Shown here one piece after another: positions 18,374-28,343 of a DNA stretch of 57,614 nucleotides (within the stretch, counting starts at the first letter, position 1; each line of letters opens with the position of its first letter). The DNA is from a virus (Duplodnaviria > Caudoviricetes). A model generated the notes under the pieces. It ran no database searches and was not told the origin of the DNA. It worked only from the letters and a program-made list of their open reading frames with translations. The stretch spans positions 1 through 57,614 of IMG/VR virus record IMGVR_UViG_3300027833_000060. One strand, given 5' to 3'. Position numbers and translations under genes: made by a program.

Positions 18374-19391
18374 AAAGAGTAATCCACCGCCTCCCAACTA
18401 CCAACCCTTGGCCAACGCCAGTGCAGAAGCGGCGCGTATACAAGGTGAGTTGGGGCAGGCACAACTAGACTTCGCGAAAGAGCAGTACAACGACAACGCT
18501 CCGACGTTAAAAGCAATCGCGGACCAGCAGATGGCTGCTCAAACGCAGCAGATGACGCAGGCCAAAGACTACTACGACTATCAAGTCGAGACGTTCCGCC
18601 CACTGGAGCAAGGTCTTGTAGCTGACGCACAGAATTTCAACACCGATGCTTACCGTGACCAGATGGCTTCCAGAGCCGCTGCCGACTCCGGTAGAGCGTT
18701 CGGTATCTCACAACAACAAAACCAACGAGCTATGGCCTCTATGGGTGTTAATCCCAACTCGGGGCGGTTCGCTGGTATGAATGCTGCCACTGGCTTACAG
18801 CAAGCAGCCTCACGTGCTAACGCGATGACAGGTGCGAGAACCCAAGCAGAGCAAATGGGCTATGCCCGTAAGTTAGATGCCGCTGGTCTTGGCCGTGGTC
18901 TCGCAGGCGCATCCACTGCCGCTTATGGTGGAGCCAACAATGCCGGTAACTCCGCAGGTATGAACGCACAGTCCGCAGGTAATACTTACATGCAGGGTAT
19001 GGGAATGGGCGCAGGCACTATCGGTGCAGGCCAGAACATGCAGATACAGGGTTTGAGCAGCGTTCTAAACAACCAGACACAGACTTACATCAATACACAA
19101 GACAGCCTCCTTGGCGACATTGGTGGTTTGATGGGTGGCGCAGCCTCTATGTACACTGCCTTCGGGTCAGATCGCACAATCAAAGAGAATATTGTTGAGG
19201 TCGGTGTAGACCAACGCACAGCCTTAACTCTTTACGAGTTTAACTACATCGGCGGTGACGGACGTAGGTTCCGTGGCGTAATGGCGGATGAGGTAGAGCT
19301 AGTTTACCCAGAAGCAGTAGTAGACACGGACCAAGGCCACAAAGCGGTGCGCTACGATCTTCTCAACATAGAATTTAAGGAGGTCCACTAA
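18366..19391 (+). CDS. Internal virion (ejection) protein with C-terminal peptidase S74 intramolecular chaperone-like domain
   Basis: Gln/Ala/Gly-rich body; SDRTIKENI...YEFNY...GVMADEV...PEAV motif. Confidence 0.75.
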   Translation: MGKKSNPPPPNYQPLANASAEAARIQGELGQAQLDFAKEQYNDNAPTLKAIADQQMAAQTQQMTQAKDYYDYQVETFRPLEQGLVADAQNFNTDAYRDQMASRAAADSGRAFGISQQQNQRAMASMGVNPNSGRFAGMNAATGLQQAASRANAMTGARTQAEQMGYARKLDAAGLGRGLAGASTAAYGGANNAGNSAGMNAQSAGNTYMQGMGMGAGTIGAGQNMQIQGLSSVLNNQTQTYINTQDSLLGDIGGLMGGAASMYTAFGSDRTIKENIVEVGVDQRTALTLYEFNYIGGDGRRFRGVMADEVELVYPEAVVDTDQGHKAVRYDLLNIEFKEVH

Positions 19392-21022
19392 TGGCACGTA
19401 AGTCGAAATGGGCGCAGTTCACCGATAACTTCAACGGTGTCTACGGGACGTTCAATAAGATTGGTAAGGACATTGAATCCACCAAGGTAATGAACAACGA
19501 GTACGAAGATGATCTTGGTAACGCTCTCGGTGGTGACGCACTGGATCGTCGTCGTATGCAAGAACTCTCCAAGGTTTACACTAAGTACGGTGATACCAAG
19601 GGGGGCTTAGACCTACGAGCGCAGCAGGCTAAGATCGAGTCCGACAAGCGTGCAAACGACTTGAGCCGAGATACATATGACGAACTGGTGAGACAAAACG
19701 GGCTGCTTAAAACCCAGCAAATGATCTCTGACCGAAGAGGTACAGACGCCAATACTGCTAACACTCAGTCAACCACCAGTCGTAGAGATACACTCCTGCC
19801 CGGCGAGGTAGACCAACAAGGGGCAACCCTAGATGGTACGAGAGCCAACACTGCTAACACGACATCAACCACTAATCGTAGAGAGACACTCCTGCCCGGC
19901 GAAGTAGATCAACAAGGGGCAACTCTGGATGGTACGAGAGCCAACACTGCTAACACGGTATCAACCACTGTGCGTAGAGATGCGCTCCTGCCCGGCGAGA
20001 TTGCAGGTCAGGACTTAACGAACACGGGCAAGGGACTGGATAATCAGGGTAGCGCGATTGACGTAGATATTAAAGGCGCGACCAGTGCGAGTACGATTGA
20101 CTCCACCAACACTGGGAATGAAGCAGACACCGCTGCCAATAAAGTTAAGAAGTACAAGTCCACTATCGAGTATGACCAGCTTGATGCGGAAGAACAGCTT
20201 TTGGTTGAACTTAACCAGACTGAGTACGATACCCCAGAAGACGCTCAAGCCGCTTACATCCAGATGGTGACGGACGATGATCGTATTGATCCGACGCGCA
20301 AGGCTGGCATCATTAAGGCTGTAAACGAAGTCGGACTGGTTAAGTTACAGGGCGAAGCAACAAAGCTCGCGCAGGGTGCGCAGAACGCTCTACAGTCAGG
20401 CGGTATGGACGGTTTGATTGAGTTCTACGACGGCGTCGACGACGGCGATACCATGCGTGTTGAACGTGGCGATGATGGCACCGTGGCTATTATTTCCACG
20501 CGTGATGGCGAAGACACTGTTATGTTTTCCGACTCTTCCGATGACGCAGCGGCTGTTGTAGAGCAGCAGATGTTCAACCAATTAAGTCGCCCCGGCACTG
20601 GGTTCGAGGTTGTTGCACAAGCCGCAAATGTTGCAAAGACTAGGGCAGAAACTGAGCGCACTGGTGCGCAGACAGACCTCCTTGGTAAACAGGCGTTCAG
20701 TGAACTGCTTGGACAGGACGTAGAAAGAGCCAGAGAAAACTTAATTATCTCTCAGACTGCTGAGATCGACCAAAGAATGGATCAAGCTAAGAGCGGGCTA
20801 TCAGGACGTGCTAAGATTGCGGAAGAAGGACTGGCAGACTTACTGACTAAAGACCAATATATCTTAATGGCAGAAGACGAGCCAGCGGCGGCGGCGGCCC
20901 TCATTGGTGACTTCATGCAGCGATACCAGATGAAGGGTGCTCCCCCAGCGGGTGTCGACGCGCAATCATGGTTTGCGTTGAGTGAAGCAGAACAACAAGA
21001 ATACATAGAAGCAGGACAGTGA
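19391..21022 (+). CDS. Internal virion protein with 32-aa tandem repeats
   Basis: TAATG coupling; position among ejection proteins. Confidence 0.7.
   Translation: MARKSKWAQFTDNFNGVYGTFNKIGKDIESTKVMNNEYEDDLGNALGGDALDRRRMQELSKVYTKYGDTKGGLDLRAQQAKIESDKRANDLSRDTYDELVRQNGLLKTQQMISDRRGTDANTANTQSTTSRRDTLLPGEVDQQGATLDGTRANTANTTSTTNRRETLLPGEVDQQGATLDGTRANTANTVSTTVRRDALLPGEIAGQDLTNTGKGLDNQGSAIDVDIKGATSASTIDSTNTGNEADTAANKVKKYKSTIEYDQLDAEEQLLVELNQTEYDTPEDAQAAYIQMVTDDDRIDPTRKAGIIKAVNEVGLVKLQGEATKLAQGAQNALQSGGMDGLIEFYDGVDDGDTMRVERGDDGTVAIISTRDGEDTVMFSDSSDDAAAVVEQQMFNQLSRPGTGFEVVAQAANVAKTRAETERTGAQTDLLGKQAFSELLGQDVERARENLIISQTAEIDQRMDQAKSGLSGRAKIAEEGLADLLTKDQYILMAEDEPAAAAALIGDFMQRYQMKGAPPAGVDAQSWFALSEAEQQEYIEAGQ
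19748..19999 (+). repeat. 96-bp tandem repeat, about 2.6 copies
   Basis: Units start at 19748, 19844 and 19940 (ANTANTxSTTxRRxTLLPGEVDQQGATLDGTR). Confidence 0.9.
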
Positions 21023-21023
21023 T

Positions 21024-24000
21024 ATGGCGAACGCAGCGCAGCAGGCCATTCTGGACCGTGCCAGAAATCGGTTAGACGGCAGGCAGGACGAAGAAGAAGA
21101 GAAGCAAGGCCGTGCTACGCAGAGGCAGCAGGAGCTATTAGCTACTGCCCAAGCGCGGCTTGGTGATAAATACCAACGGAAGGCTGATAAAGACGATGGC
21201 TCTGACTTCGTTGCTGGTGTCTCTGGTGGCGTAGACTCGTTTCAAGGTACGCTGTACGGCCTAGCTGGACTCGCTGGTGACGCATCAGAGCGTTACCTTG
21301 GAGTAGGTGAGGGTCTGCGCGATTGGGGCTTCAAAGGCTACCAAGACAACATGGCGGAAGTGGATGATGAGTTCCGCGACGCCTACACGTGGGACGGTGC
21401 CACTAGCTCTGTCAGTAACTTTGTAGACGCGGGGCAGTACTACGTCGGTCGGGTTATCCCTGACGCGCTTGCGGCTCTAGGCTCTGGCGGTGTCGGTGCC
21501 GCGATAGCAAAAAAAGCTATCAGCGAGACTGCGGAAGCGGGTATCAAGAACAAAACCAAAGACCTACTTGGTGACAGGATTGGCGATAAGGTAACAAAAG
21601 AAGGTATAGGCTCTGTCGCCGGTGTAGCCACGCAATCAGTTTTACAATCGACCGGCGGTATTTACGGTCAAGCCGGTGAGAAAGCAATCGCCGAAGGCGG
21701 GACGCTTGAGGACGTTAACCTAGGTAAAGTCGTCGTTGGTGGCTTAGCCGCTGGTGCAGTAGAGACTGTAGCTGACGTTGCCACATTAGGACTTGCTGGT
21801 TTTGGCGCAGGCCGAAACTTAATGGACCTTGCGAACAAAGGCGGGAAGACTAGGCGCGTACTCACTAAAGGCGCTATCGGTTCTGGTGTTGAGGCAGTCA
21901 CAGAAGGTATCCAAACGGGCATAGAAGACTTAGGCGCAGGTGAAAGTCTAGCGGACGCTAAGTTCATGGACCCTACGTCGATGATGGCCGGTGCATTTGG
22001 CGGCGGCGCAATCAGTGGCGCAGGTGGACTACGCAAACCAAGCAACCAAGGTACGACGTTTGCGGCGGAAGAAGCTGTCCAGCAAGCGGAGGATGAAGTT
22101 GCTCTCCAGCAACAGGAAGCGCAAGAAGCTGAAGCAGCGGGATTACAAGCCCAACAAGAGAAAGCTGAGCAGTCGCGCAGTCGTCGTGAGGCAGCGGCGT
22201 CGTTTACGGCGCGATCAGAGTTCGTAAAAGCTAGGCAGACAGAGATAAACGCTCAGCAAGAACAGGAGCTTCTCGACCCGAACACTGAGTTGGGTCAGGC
22301 GTTTGAGGAGCACTTAAACGAACAAGCTATCTATGACGAAGCTGATATAAAGAAATCAGCCAAGGCGTTCCTAAAAAGCTACCAGAAAGAGAACGACAGT
22401 ACAGAGCAGGTCAACCAAGAATACGTTGCCGCACTGGATACCCACGTGGGCAAGGTGGCACAGGCTAAAGAATTCATCGCGCAGAACCCAGACGTTATGG
22501 ACGCTGACGAAGCGACCTTCGCAGCAGCTGCTCAGCAGAACCCTGAAGTGTTTGGCGTAATCAACACCATGAGAACCGCCGCCGCTAGAGCCGCCGCTGC
22601 TACTGCTACCGACACAACTACCGCCGAAGCAGACGTTGCCCCCACACAAGAGGCCACCGTTGAGCCAACTAAGACGCCCACTAAGAGAGAACGACTTAGT
22701 CAAATGGCTACAGAGCAACTGGGAGAGACTTGGGAACAAGATAACCCAGAGTTGTCCCAGTTATTTTCCGACGGTAAAGGCATCTACTCCCGTGGCAAAG
22801 GAAAGAAATCCCGCTTTGAAACAATGGTCGATAAGATCGTTGCAGAGAAGGCGGCGCAACAAGCCCCAGTGGACGCAGAGGCTACGCCGGATGCCATTCC
22901 CACAATCGAGACACCTACAGTTGAGACAGTTGCAGACGCAGACGCAGAGACAATTCCTGTACAAGCGGAAGAAACAGTTGAGACACCGTCGGTCTTAGAA
23001 GGTATGGACGCTCGAGCAGTTAGCTACGCTACTGAAAAGCTCGGCCCCAACTGGCGTACAGAGCAGCCACAGTTAGTACCCGTACTAGAAGACAAGAAGT
23101 ACGCAGGGTTCAATGCAAACGTCGACAGACTTGCAGCAGAGCAGCCCGCGCCGACGCAAACGGCAGTAGTAGAGCCTGAGCAGGCACCTACGGAGAATAC
23201 TCCCGAGGCAATACCTGAGGTACTAGAAGGCGAGCTTACTCCAAATGCTTCCACTGAAGTTGCCCCCACTGGTAACCCCTTCGAGTTGGCTATGCCTGAG
23301 CAGGTTAAGCTGTCTCCGAACCAGAAAAAAGTATACGAGGTACTAAACAACGCGTTCGCCAACGACGAACAGGACGAAGTGATCCAAGCGAACGGGAGCT
23401 TGAACCCGACACGTATTGCTGAAATGGCGGGTATTAACTCAAAACAGGCGGTGCAGTCTGCGCTTGTTCAGATCAGAGCCAAGATAGCCAAGCAGTATAA
23501 GGTTGACCAGAGCGAGATAAAGAAACGCCTAGCCGAAACACGTGTCCAGCGTACAGAAGAATTCGACGTAAACGCAAATGATTCAGTCTTTGACAACGCT
23601 GATCTAGGCGTCGGCTCCGGCACACTGGCGTCTGCAAACCAAGGCGCACGTGATGGAATGGCTCCCGAAGATGCGGCGTACCTCGATGCTATGGAAGAGA
23701 CGCCCAACCAGCAACAGACGCCAGAGCAACTTTCTGAAATTCGCGCTATACACGACAGAGAGATGCAAGCCGACAGCGGTTACAAACAAGCGGTCCGAGG
23801 GTGGGCGAAACTTGAGTCTCAGCAAAAAGACGGTAGTGTGACCTTTGAAGACATGGAGTCACAATATAGATTCGAGTGGTTCGGTTCCTTCACAGAATTC
23901 CAACGGGGTGACTTCGACGAGGACGGCCTAGCCTTTTACTTTGACAGATTGCGCAATGAACACATAAATAAGGACAAAACTAATGACCAAGCCAGTATTG

Positions 24001-27000
24001 AAGCCGCCAACCAAGGGGGACAAGATCAAAGCCGAACAGACGGCGCAACGCTTGACCAAGATGGCGGAGAAGTACAACAAACTAGGGCTGAACCTGAAGG
24101 TGCCGAACCAGAAGCCCAACAGCTAAGCGCTGCGGAGCAAACTGCACGTGCGGCTAAGGTGCCAGTCGTTACCAAGAAGAAGCGTCGCGTGGTTAAACCA
24201 CCGAAGAATCCAGAGGAAGCACCTGAGGCTAAGCGTCAAGGTAAAGACTCTGAGCTTAACGCCGTAGACGCCGTAGCCGAGAAGCTAGGGGGCGAAGTGG
24301 TTTACCAGAAGGGTGACGTTGCTCTCGTCCGTGGGTATAGCGCACAATCTGGCGCACCAGTGTATGCCGCAGCAAAGGGTTCTATGTTCACCAAGGTGGA
24401 CGTTGATAGCTACACAGGCACTGAGTTTACTCCTGAGCAAATAGCTGACCTTGTAGAAGCTAAGAAAGCAGCCGAAGCGGAGGCTCAGAAGGTTCACACA
24501 GAAACCCCGTTTGTTACCTTTAGTAACGGATTAGCATTCTCTGAGAGTATGACTCCTGAAATGCAGGGGGTTGTGCGAGAGTGGCAAAACCTTCTTGGGT
24601 TAGATACAGACGTTTACGTTACCACACTGGCAGATGCTAAAGCTAACAAGTTAAACTTCACTGGCCCTCAACGCGCCGTGGGGTCTGGCACTTTAGATAG
24701 TAATGAACGCGGCTCTACGCGCAAGCTATCTGACGGTAGCCATTATATTATCTACGACGACCAAGCCTCTAAGGTTGGTACGTTAGAAACCATCGCCCAC
24801 GAAATGGGCCACGTACACCAGAAGGTGGTTTTCGACCAAGCGTCTCCAGAGATGCAACAAGACCTACGAGCAGAACACCGCAAGTGGCTTGAATCTCAGA
24901 AAGGTTCTACAGCGGAAGACCTAGTTAAGTCGCTCCGTGCTAGGCAGACTGGGAAGACTACTGACGTTCCCGTCGACCTCCCAGCGGAGAAAGTTAGTGC
25001 TTACTGGAAGTCCTTCAACGAGTGGTACGCAGATCAAACCTCGCGTTGGGCAACGACGCAGACTGCGCCTCTAACAGCAGTTGAGAAGTTCTTCTCTCGC
25101 CTCGGTAAATCAATGAAGAGTTTCTACGATAAGTTGGCGAACAAGCAGTACCTGCCTTCTGACGCTTTCGTGGAGTACTTGGACAAAGTTAAAAACGCTA
25201 ACCTACGCGACCCAATCAACGACAACCCTGAGTTCCAGTCGGACGGCATGGCAGGCTCGATGAAGCCTACAACGGAAGCTCAGGAAAAGAATTCTAAGTT
25301 CGGCGAATGGGTGCGCGAAAACTTCGGTGGTACAGGCAAGCAGTTTGTGGACGACGTATCTGAAGTTGGTAAGCAGGGTGTAGCATCACTCAAGTTCCTC
25401 CACCAGTATGTGCGTGACGTTAAAGGACGGATGCCTGCCGCTGGTACTATGTACCAAGCAATAAAAGAAGCAGACAAAACGCGTCAAGATATTCGGCGTC
25501 AAGTGGAAGCCATCGCCGTACGCGCTCGTGAGCTAAAGCCTGAGCGGCTAACAGTAGTTAACGACTTTCTAAGTAAGTCTACGTTCTACCAGAAGTGGGG
25601 ATATGATCCCCAGTTTACTGACGCCGATGGAAACAAGCGCGTTATTAAAGAAGACCCTGTTATGGCGGCGGCGTACAAACGTCTAAGCCCAGTAGAGCAG
25701 GGGCTAGTACGAGAAATATTCCAGCATGGTGAGAACATGCGTTTGCGTAAGCAGGAAGTGGCTAAGCTCTTAGGAGTTGATAAGTCGTTCTTTAGTGCTG
25801 CCGCGCTTGAAGGGCCGTACGCACCGCTGAAACGTTTCGGTGACTACGCCGGTGTACTAAAGTCGCAAACCTTAATCGACGCAGAAGCAGAACTTGCGGA
25901 TACGCCAACGCCTGCCTTGCGTAAGAAAGTAGATGAACTGAAGTCTCAGCAACAGCACTACGTGGTTAGTTTCTTTGACACCATGGGTTCGGCTAAGAAG
26001 TTTACCGACGAGAACCGTGGCGACTATGCTACCGCAGTACCGTCGCAACGCACGGATGACTTAATGTCTGACCGCGTGACAAACGAAGAAGCGTTTCAGA
26101 CGATACTGGGTAGCCTGAAAGCAGCAGACAGTAACCTGATTGACCCGCAGTCCAAGAAGGCATTCGCGGATATGGTTCGCGATATGTACTTTGATTCCAT
26201 GGATGAACGTGACGCTCGTATGTCTGGGGCGAAGCGTAAGAACCGTGCTGGCTACGAGAAGAACATGGTTCGCTCGTTCTTGTCTCACGCTAGGGCCGAA
26301 GCCGGAATGATCTCCACGATGGAGCATGGCGCTGACATCAACTTAGCTTTGGCTGAAGCGATGAAGCAGTCTGACCAAGACCCAGAAGCTCTGAAGCCCG
26401 TGTACAACATGTTAGTGGCTCACTACAAAGACACGCTAACCTACCAAGACACAGCCTTCCAACGTGTCTCAGATCGCGTTGCTGCGCTCAACTCTGTTTA
26501 CATGTTGACATCTAGTGTCGGCTACCACGTAACTAACGCGACACAGCCTGCGATGGTTACAGTCCCTAGATTAGCAGGTGACTTTGGCGACTACTCCGGT
26601 GCTTGGAGTAAGCTCACTCGTGGTTACAAAGTAGCGGTTGGCTCCGCTAGAATGACTAAAAAGTTTGAGACGGAGATCGACCTTGAGAAAGCGCCTCCAC
26701 AGTACAGGGCGTTGCTACAAGAACTCCAGTTGCGCAACCTTCTGGACGTCGGCATGGAAGAAGATTTGTCGTCGTTTGACAGGTTCAACACAGGGTATGA
26801 AGCCCTTAACGTAGCGTCTGATAAGCTAGGCATGGTAACCCACAAACTGTACCAAGCGGCCCGTCTGGTGGAAGCTCATAACCGTATTTCATCGGCAGTA
26901 GCCGCATTCGATATGGCGTCAGCCAACCCACAGGTTGCTAAGAGACAGGGAATGACCCCTACCGAGTACGCCATTAGTGTAGTTGAAGACACTCAGGGTA

Positions 27001-27992
27001 ACTTCTCACGTATGGATGCCCCACTGTTGATTAAGGCACTCCCTAAACTGACAACTCAGTACCGCAAGTATCAGCTAATGATGGCGTGGGCTTACTCGAA
27101 TGCAATTAAGCAGACGTTTAAAGGTGAGAGTCCTGAGATTAAAGCGATGGGCCGCCGTACGTTAGGGTACATGACCGCGCACGCAGCTGTATTTGCAGGC
27201 GCTACTGGTGTCCCACTGGTGTCGACTATCGCACCATACATTATCGCCGGTATAAGTGGAGAGGACGAGCCGCAAGACCTAGATCGCTGGATAATGACTA
27301 ATGTTCCGGGCAAAGCTGGCGAGGTTCTAGCCAAAGGTGCGTTCAACTTCATTGGCCTAGATATGTCTACCAAGTTGAGCCAAGGAAAAATATTCCACCC
27401 GTTCCCGTACCTAGACTATGATGTGTCTGAAGACGGCGTAAAAGACCTAGTGTTTAACCTTGCCGCTGGCCCCTCTGGTACGACGATGATTAACTTCACG
27501 CGTTCCGCCGAGTACTTTGGGCAGGGCGACACCCTCAAAGGCATCGAGTATATGGTGCCAAAAGGTATACGTTCCGCTGTGGAATCATATAGAATAGCCA
27601 CAGAAGGTGTTTCGTTTAAGAACGGCGATGTGGTTGTAGACCCTCGAGACGTAGACGTGCCGAGTTTGATGCTAAACGCCCTTGGACTTCCTTCCAGTGC
27701 CATCAATAAGATCAAGTGGACAAGAAGTCAGCAGTACGAGCTTGAGCAGTACTTCAGTGAAGAGACGAGCCGTATACGGCGTGAGTACATAGACGCCAAG
27801 AACGCCAGAGATCGCGATCTTACTAGAGAGCTTCGCGAAGAGTTCAAAGACTTACAGAAACAAAAGAAACGTGTTCGCCCGTTCTTTGGCAGCGACAGAA
27901 AGACGTTACGCCGTCAGCCGGTATCGTCACTAATGAAAGCGCCTTACCAACAAAGTGCAAGGGAGAAGAGAGCGCAGAAAAGATTTGAATAG
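21024..27992 (+). CDS. Large polyvalent internal virion protein (zincin-like HExxH and PLxRFG domains)
   Basis: 2322 aa; IAHEMGHV (24798-24812) and YAPLKRFGDY (about 25824-25841). Confidence 0.8.
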   Translation: MANAAQQAILDRARNRLDGRQDEEEEKQGRATQRQQELLATAQARLGDKYQRKADKDDGSDFVAGVSGGVDSFQGTLYGLAGLAGDASERYLGVGEGLRDWGFKGYQDNMAEVDDEFRDAYTWDGATSSVSNFVDAGQYYVGRVIPDALAALGSGGVGAAIAKKAISETAEAGIKNKTKDLLGDRIGDKVTKEGIGSVAGVATQSVLQSTGGIYGQAGEKAIAEGGTLEDVNLGKVVVGGLAAGAVETVADVATLGLAGFGAGRNLMDLANKGGKTRRVLTKGAIGSGVEAVTEGIQTGIEDLGAGESLADAKFMDPTSMMAGAFGGGAISGAGGLRKPSNQGTTFAAEEAVQQAEDEVALQQQEAQEAEAAGLQAQQEKAEQSRSRREAAASFTARSEFVKARQTEINAQQEQELLDPNTELGQAFEEHLNEQAIYDEADIKKSAKAFLKSYQKENDSTEQVNQEYVAALDTHVGKVAQAKEFIAQNPDVMDADEATFAAAAQQNPEVFGVINTMRTAAARAAAATATDTTTAEADVAPTQEATVEPTKTPTKRERLSQMATEQLGETWEQDNPELSQLFSDGKGIYSRGKGKKSRFETMVDKIVAEKAAQQAPVDAEATPDAIPTIETPTVETVADADAETIPVQAEETVETPSVLEGMDARAVSYATEKLGPNWRTEQPQLVPVLEDKKYAGFNANVDRLAAEQPAPTQTAVVEPEQAPTENTPEAIPEVLEGELTPNASTEVAPTGNPFELAMPEQVKLSPNQKKVYEVLNNAFANDEQDEVIQANGSLNPTRIAEMAGINSKQAVQSALVQIRAKIAKQYKVDQSEIKKRLAETRVQRTEEFDVNANDSVFDNADLGVGSGTLASANQGARDGMAPEDAAYLDAMEETPNQQQTPEQLSEIRAIHDREMQADSGYKQAVRGWAKLESQQKDGSVTFEDMESQYRFEWFGSFTEFQRGDFDEDGLAFYFDRLRNEHINKDKTNDQASIEAANQGGQDQSRTDGATLDQDGGEVQQTRAEPEGAEPEAQQLSAAEQTARAAKVPVVTKKKRRVVKPPKNPEEAPEAKRQGKDSELNAVDAVAEKLGGEVVYQKGDVALVRGYSAQSGAPVYAAAKGSMFTKVDVDSYTGTEFTPEQIADLVEAKKAAEAEAQKVHTETPFVTFSNGLAFSESMTPEMQGVVREWQNLLGLDTDVYVTTLADAKANKLNFTGPQRAVGSGTLDSNERGSTRKLSDGSHYIIYDDQASKVGTLETIAHEMGHVHQKVVFDQASPEMQQDLRAEHRKWLESQKGSTAEDLVKSLRARQTGKTTDVPVDLPAEKVSAYWKSFNEWYADQTSRWATTQTAPLTAVEKFFSRLGKSMKSFYDKLANKQYLPSDAFVEYLDKVKNANLRDPINDNPEFQSDGMAGSMKPTTEAQEKNSKFGEWVRENFGGTGKQFVDDVSEVGKQGVASLKFLHQYVRDVKGRMPAAGTMYQAIKEADKTRQDIRRQVEAIAVRARELKPERLTVVNDFLSKSTFYQKWGYDPQFTDADGNKRVIKEDPVMAAAYKRLSPVEQGLVREIFQHGENMRLRKQEVAKLLGVDKSFFSAAALEGPYAPLKRFGDYAGVLKSQTLIDAEAELADTPTPALRKKVDELKSQQQHYVVSFFDTMGSAKKFTDENRGDYATAVPSQRTDDLMSDRVTNEEAFQTILGSLKAADSNLIDPQSKKAFADMVRDMYFDSMDERDARMSGAKRKNRAGYEKNMVRSFLSHARAEAGMISTMEHGADINLALAEAMKQSDQDPEALKPVYNMLVAHYKDTLTYQDTAFQRVSDRVAALNSVYMLTSSVGYHVTNATQPAMVTVPRLAGDFGDYSGAWSKLTRGYKVAVGSARMTKKFETEIDLEKAPPQYRALLQELQLRNLLDVGMEEDLSSFDRFNTGYEALNVASDKLGMVTHKLYQAARLVEAHNRISSAVAAFDMASANPQVAKRQGMTPTEYAISVVEDTQGNFSRMDAPLLIKALPKLTTQYRKYQLMMAWAYSNAIKQTFKGESPEIKAMGRRTLGYMTAHAAVFAGATGVPLVSTIAPYIIAGISGEDEPQDLDRWIMTNVPGKAGEVLAKGAFNFIGLDMSTKLSQGKIFHPFPYLDYDVSEDGVKDLVFNLAAGPSGTTMINFTRSAEYFGQGDTLKGIEYMVPKGIRSAVESYRIATEGVSFKNGDVVVDPRDVDVPSLMLNALGLPSSAINKIKWTRSQQYELEQYFSEETSRIRREYIDAKNARDRDLTRELREEFKDLQKQKKRVRPFFGSDRKTLRRQPVSSLMKAPYQQSAREKRAQKRFE

Positions 27993-28033
27993 TTTCCCCC
28001 TCGTATCACTTGTTCTCCCGCAGGTGGTCCACT

Positions 28034-28071
28034 GACCCGGCCTATTACTCCTTTTAGGTCGGGTCTTTTTT
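28034..28071 (+). terminator. Rho-independent terminator ending the virion operon
   Basis: GACCCGGCCTA / TAGGTCGGGTC stem followed by TTTTTT. Confidence 0.85.
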
Positions 28072-28300
28072 AGGTAACAATCTAGGTAACACTCTAGGTA
28101 ACACTTTCTTAAACGTACCTTGTAAGTCATTGATAACACACTCGTAAACAGATAAGCCGAATGCCTGTCTGTCCGCCAAGAATCCCTGTCGATCCGCCAC
28201 CTCTAACCTTACTAATATAGTTAAAACAATAGCTTAGCAAACGGCTACCTACTGAGGTGTCTATTTCTAGGTAACAACCTAGGTAACAATCTAGGTAACA
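28071..28300. mobile_element. attP: arm-type repeats, IHF sites and tRNA-3'-end-like cores
   Basis: TAGGTAACA x3 (28071, 28083, 28095) and x3 (28268, 28280, 28292), 12-bp period; IHF consensus on the minus strand at 28123-28135 and a 1-mismatch copy at 28224-28236; cores at 28159-28178 and 28180-28199; directly upstream of the integrase. Confidence 0.85.
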
Positions 28301-28308
28301 GTTTCCTC

Positions 28309-28337
28309 TTGCACTGTGGCGGACAAATGTCTATTTA
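28309..28337 (+). promoter_or_regulatory. Possible integrase promoter (TTGCAC-N17-TATTTA), leaderless geometry
   Basis: -10 ends 7 nt before ATG 28344; no SD. Confidence 0.35.
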
Positions 28338-28343
28338 CGACGG

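Noticed and set aside
28100-28199. Complete tRNA gene
   Set aside because: Only 20-nt 3' fragments; no matching 5' acceptor strand, D arm or anticodon arm upstream
28071-28300. TAGGTAACA repeats as a mini CRISPR array
   Set aside because: 9-bp units at 12-bp period with no spacers; position next to the integrase fits arm-type sites
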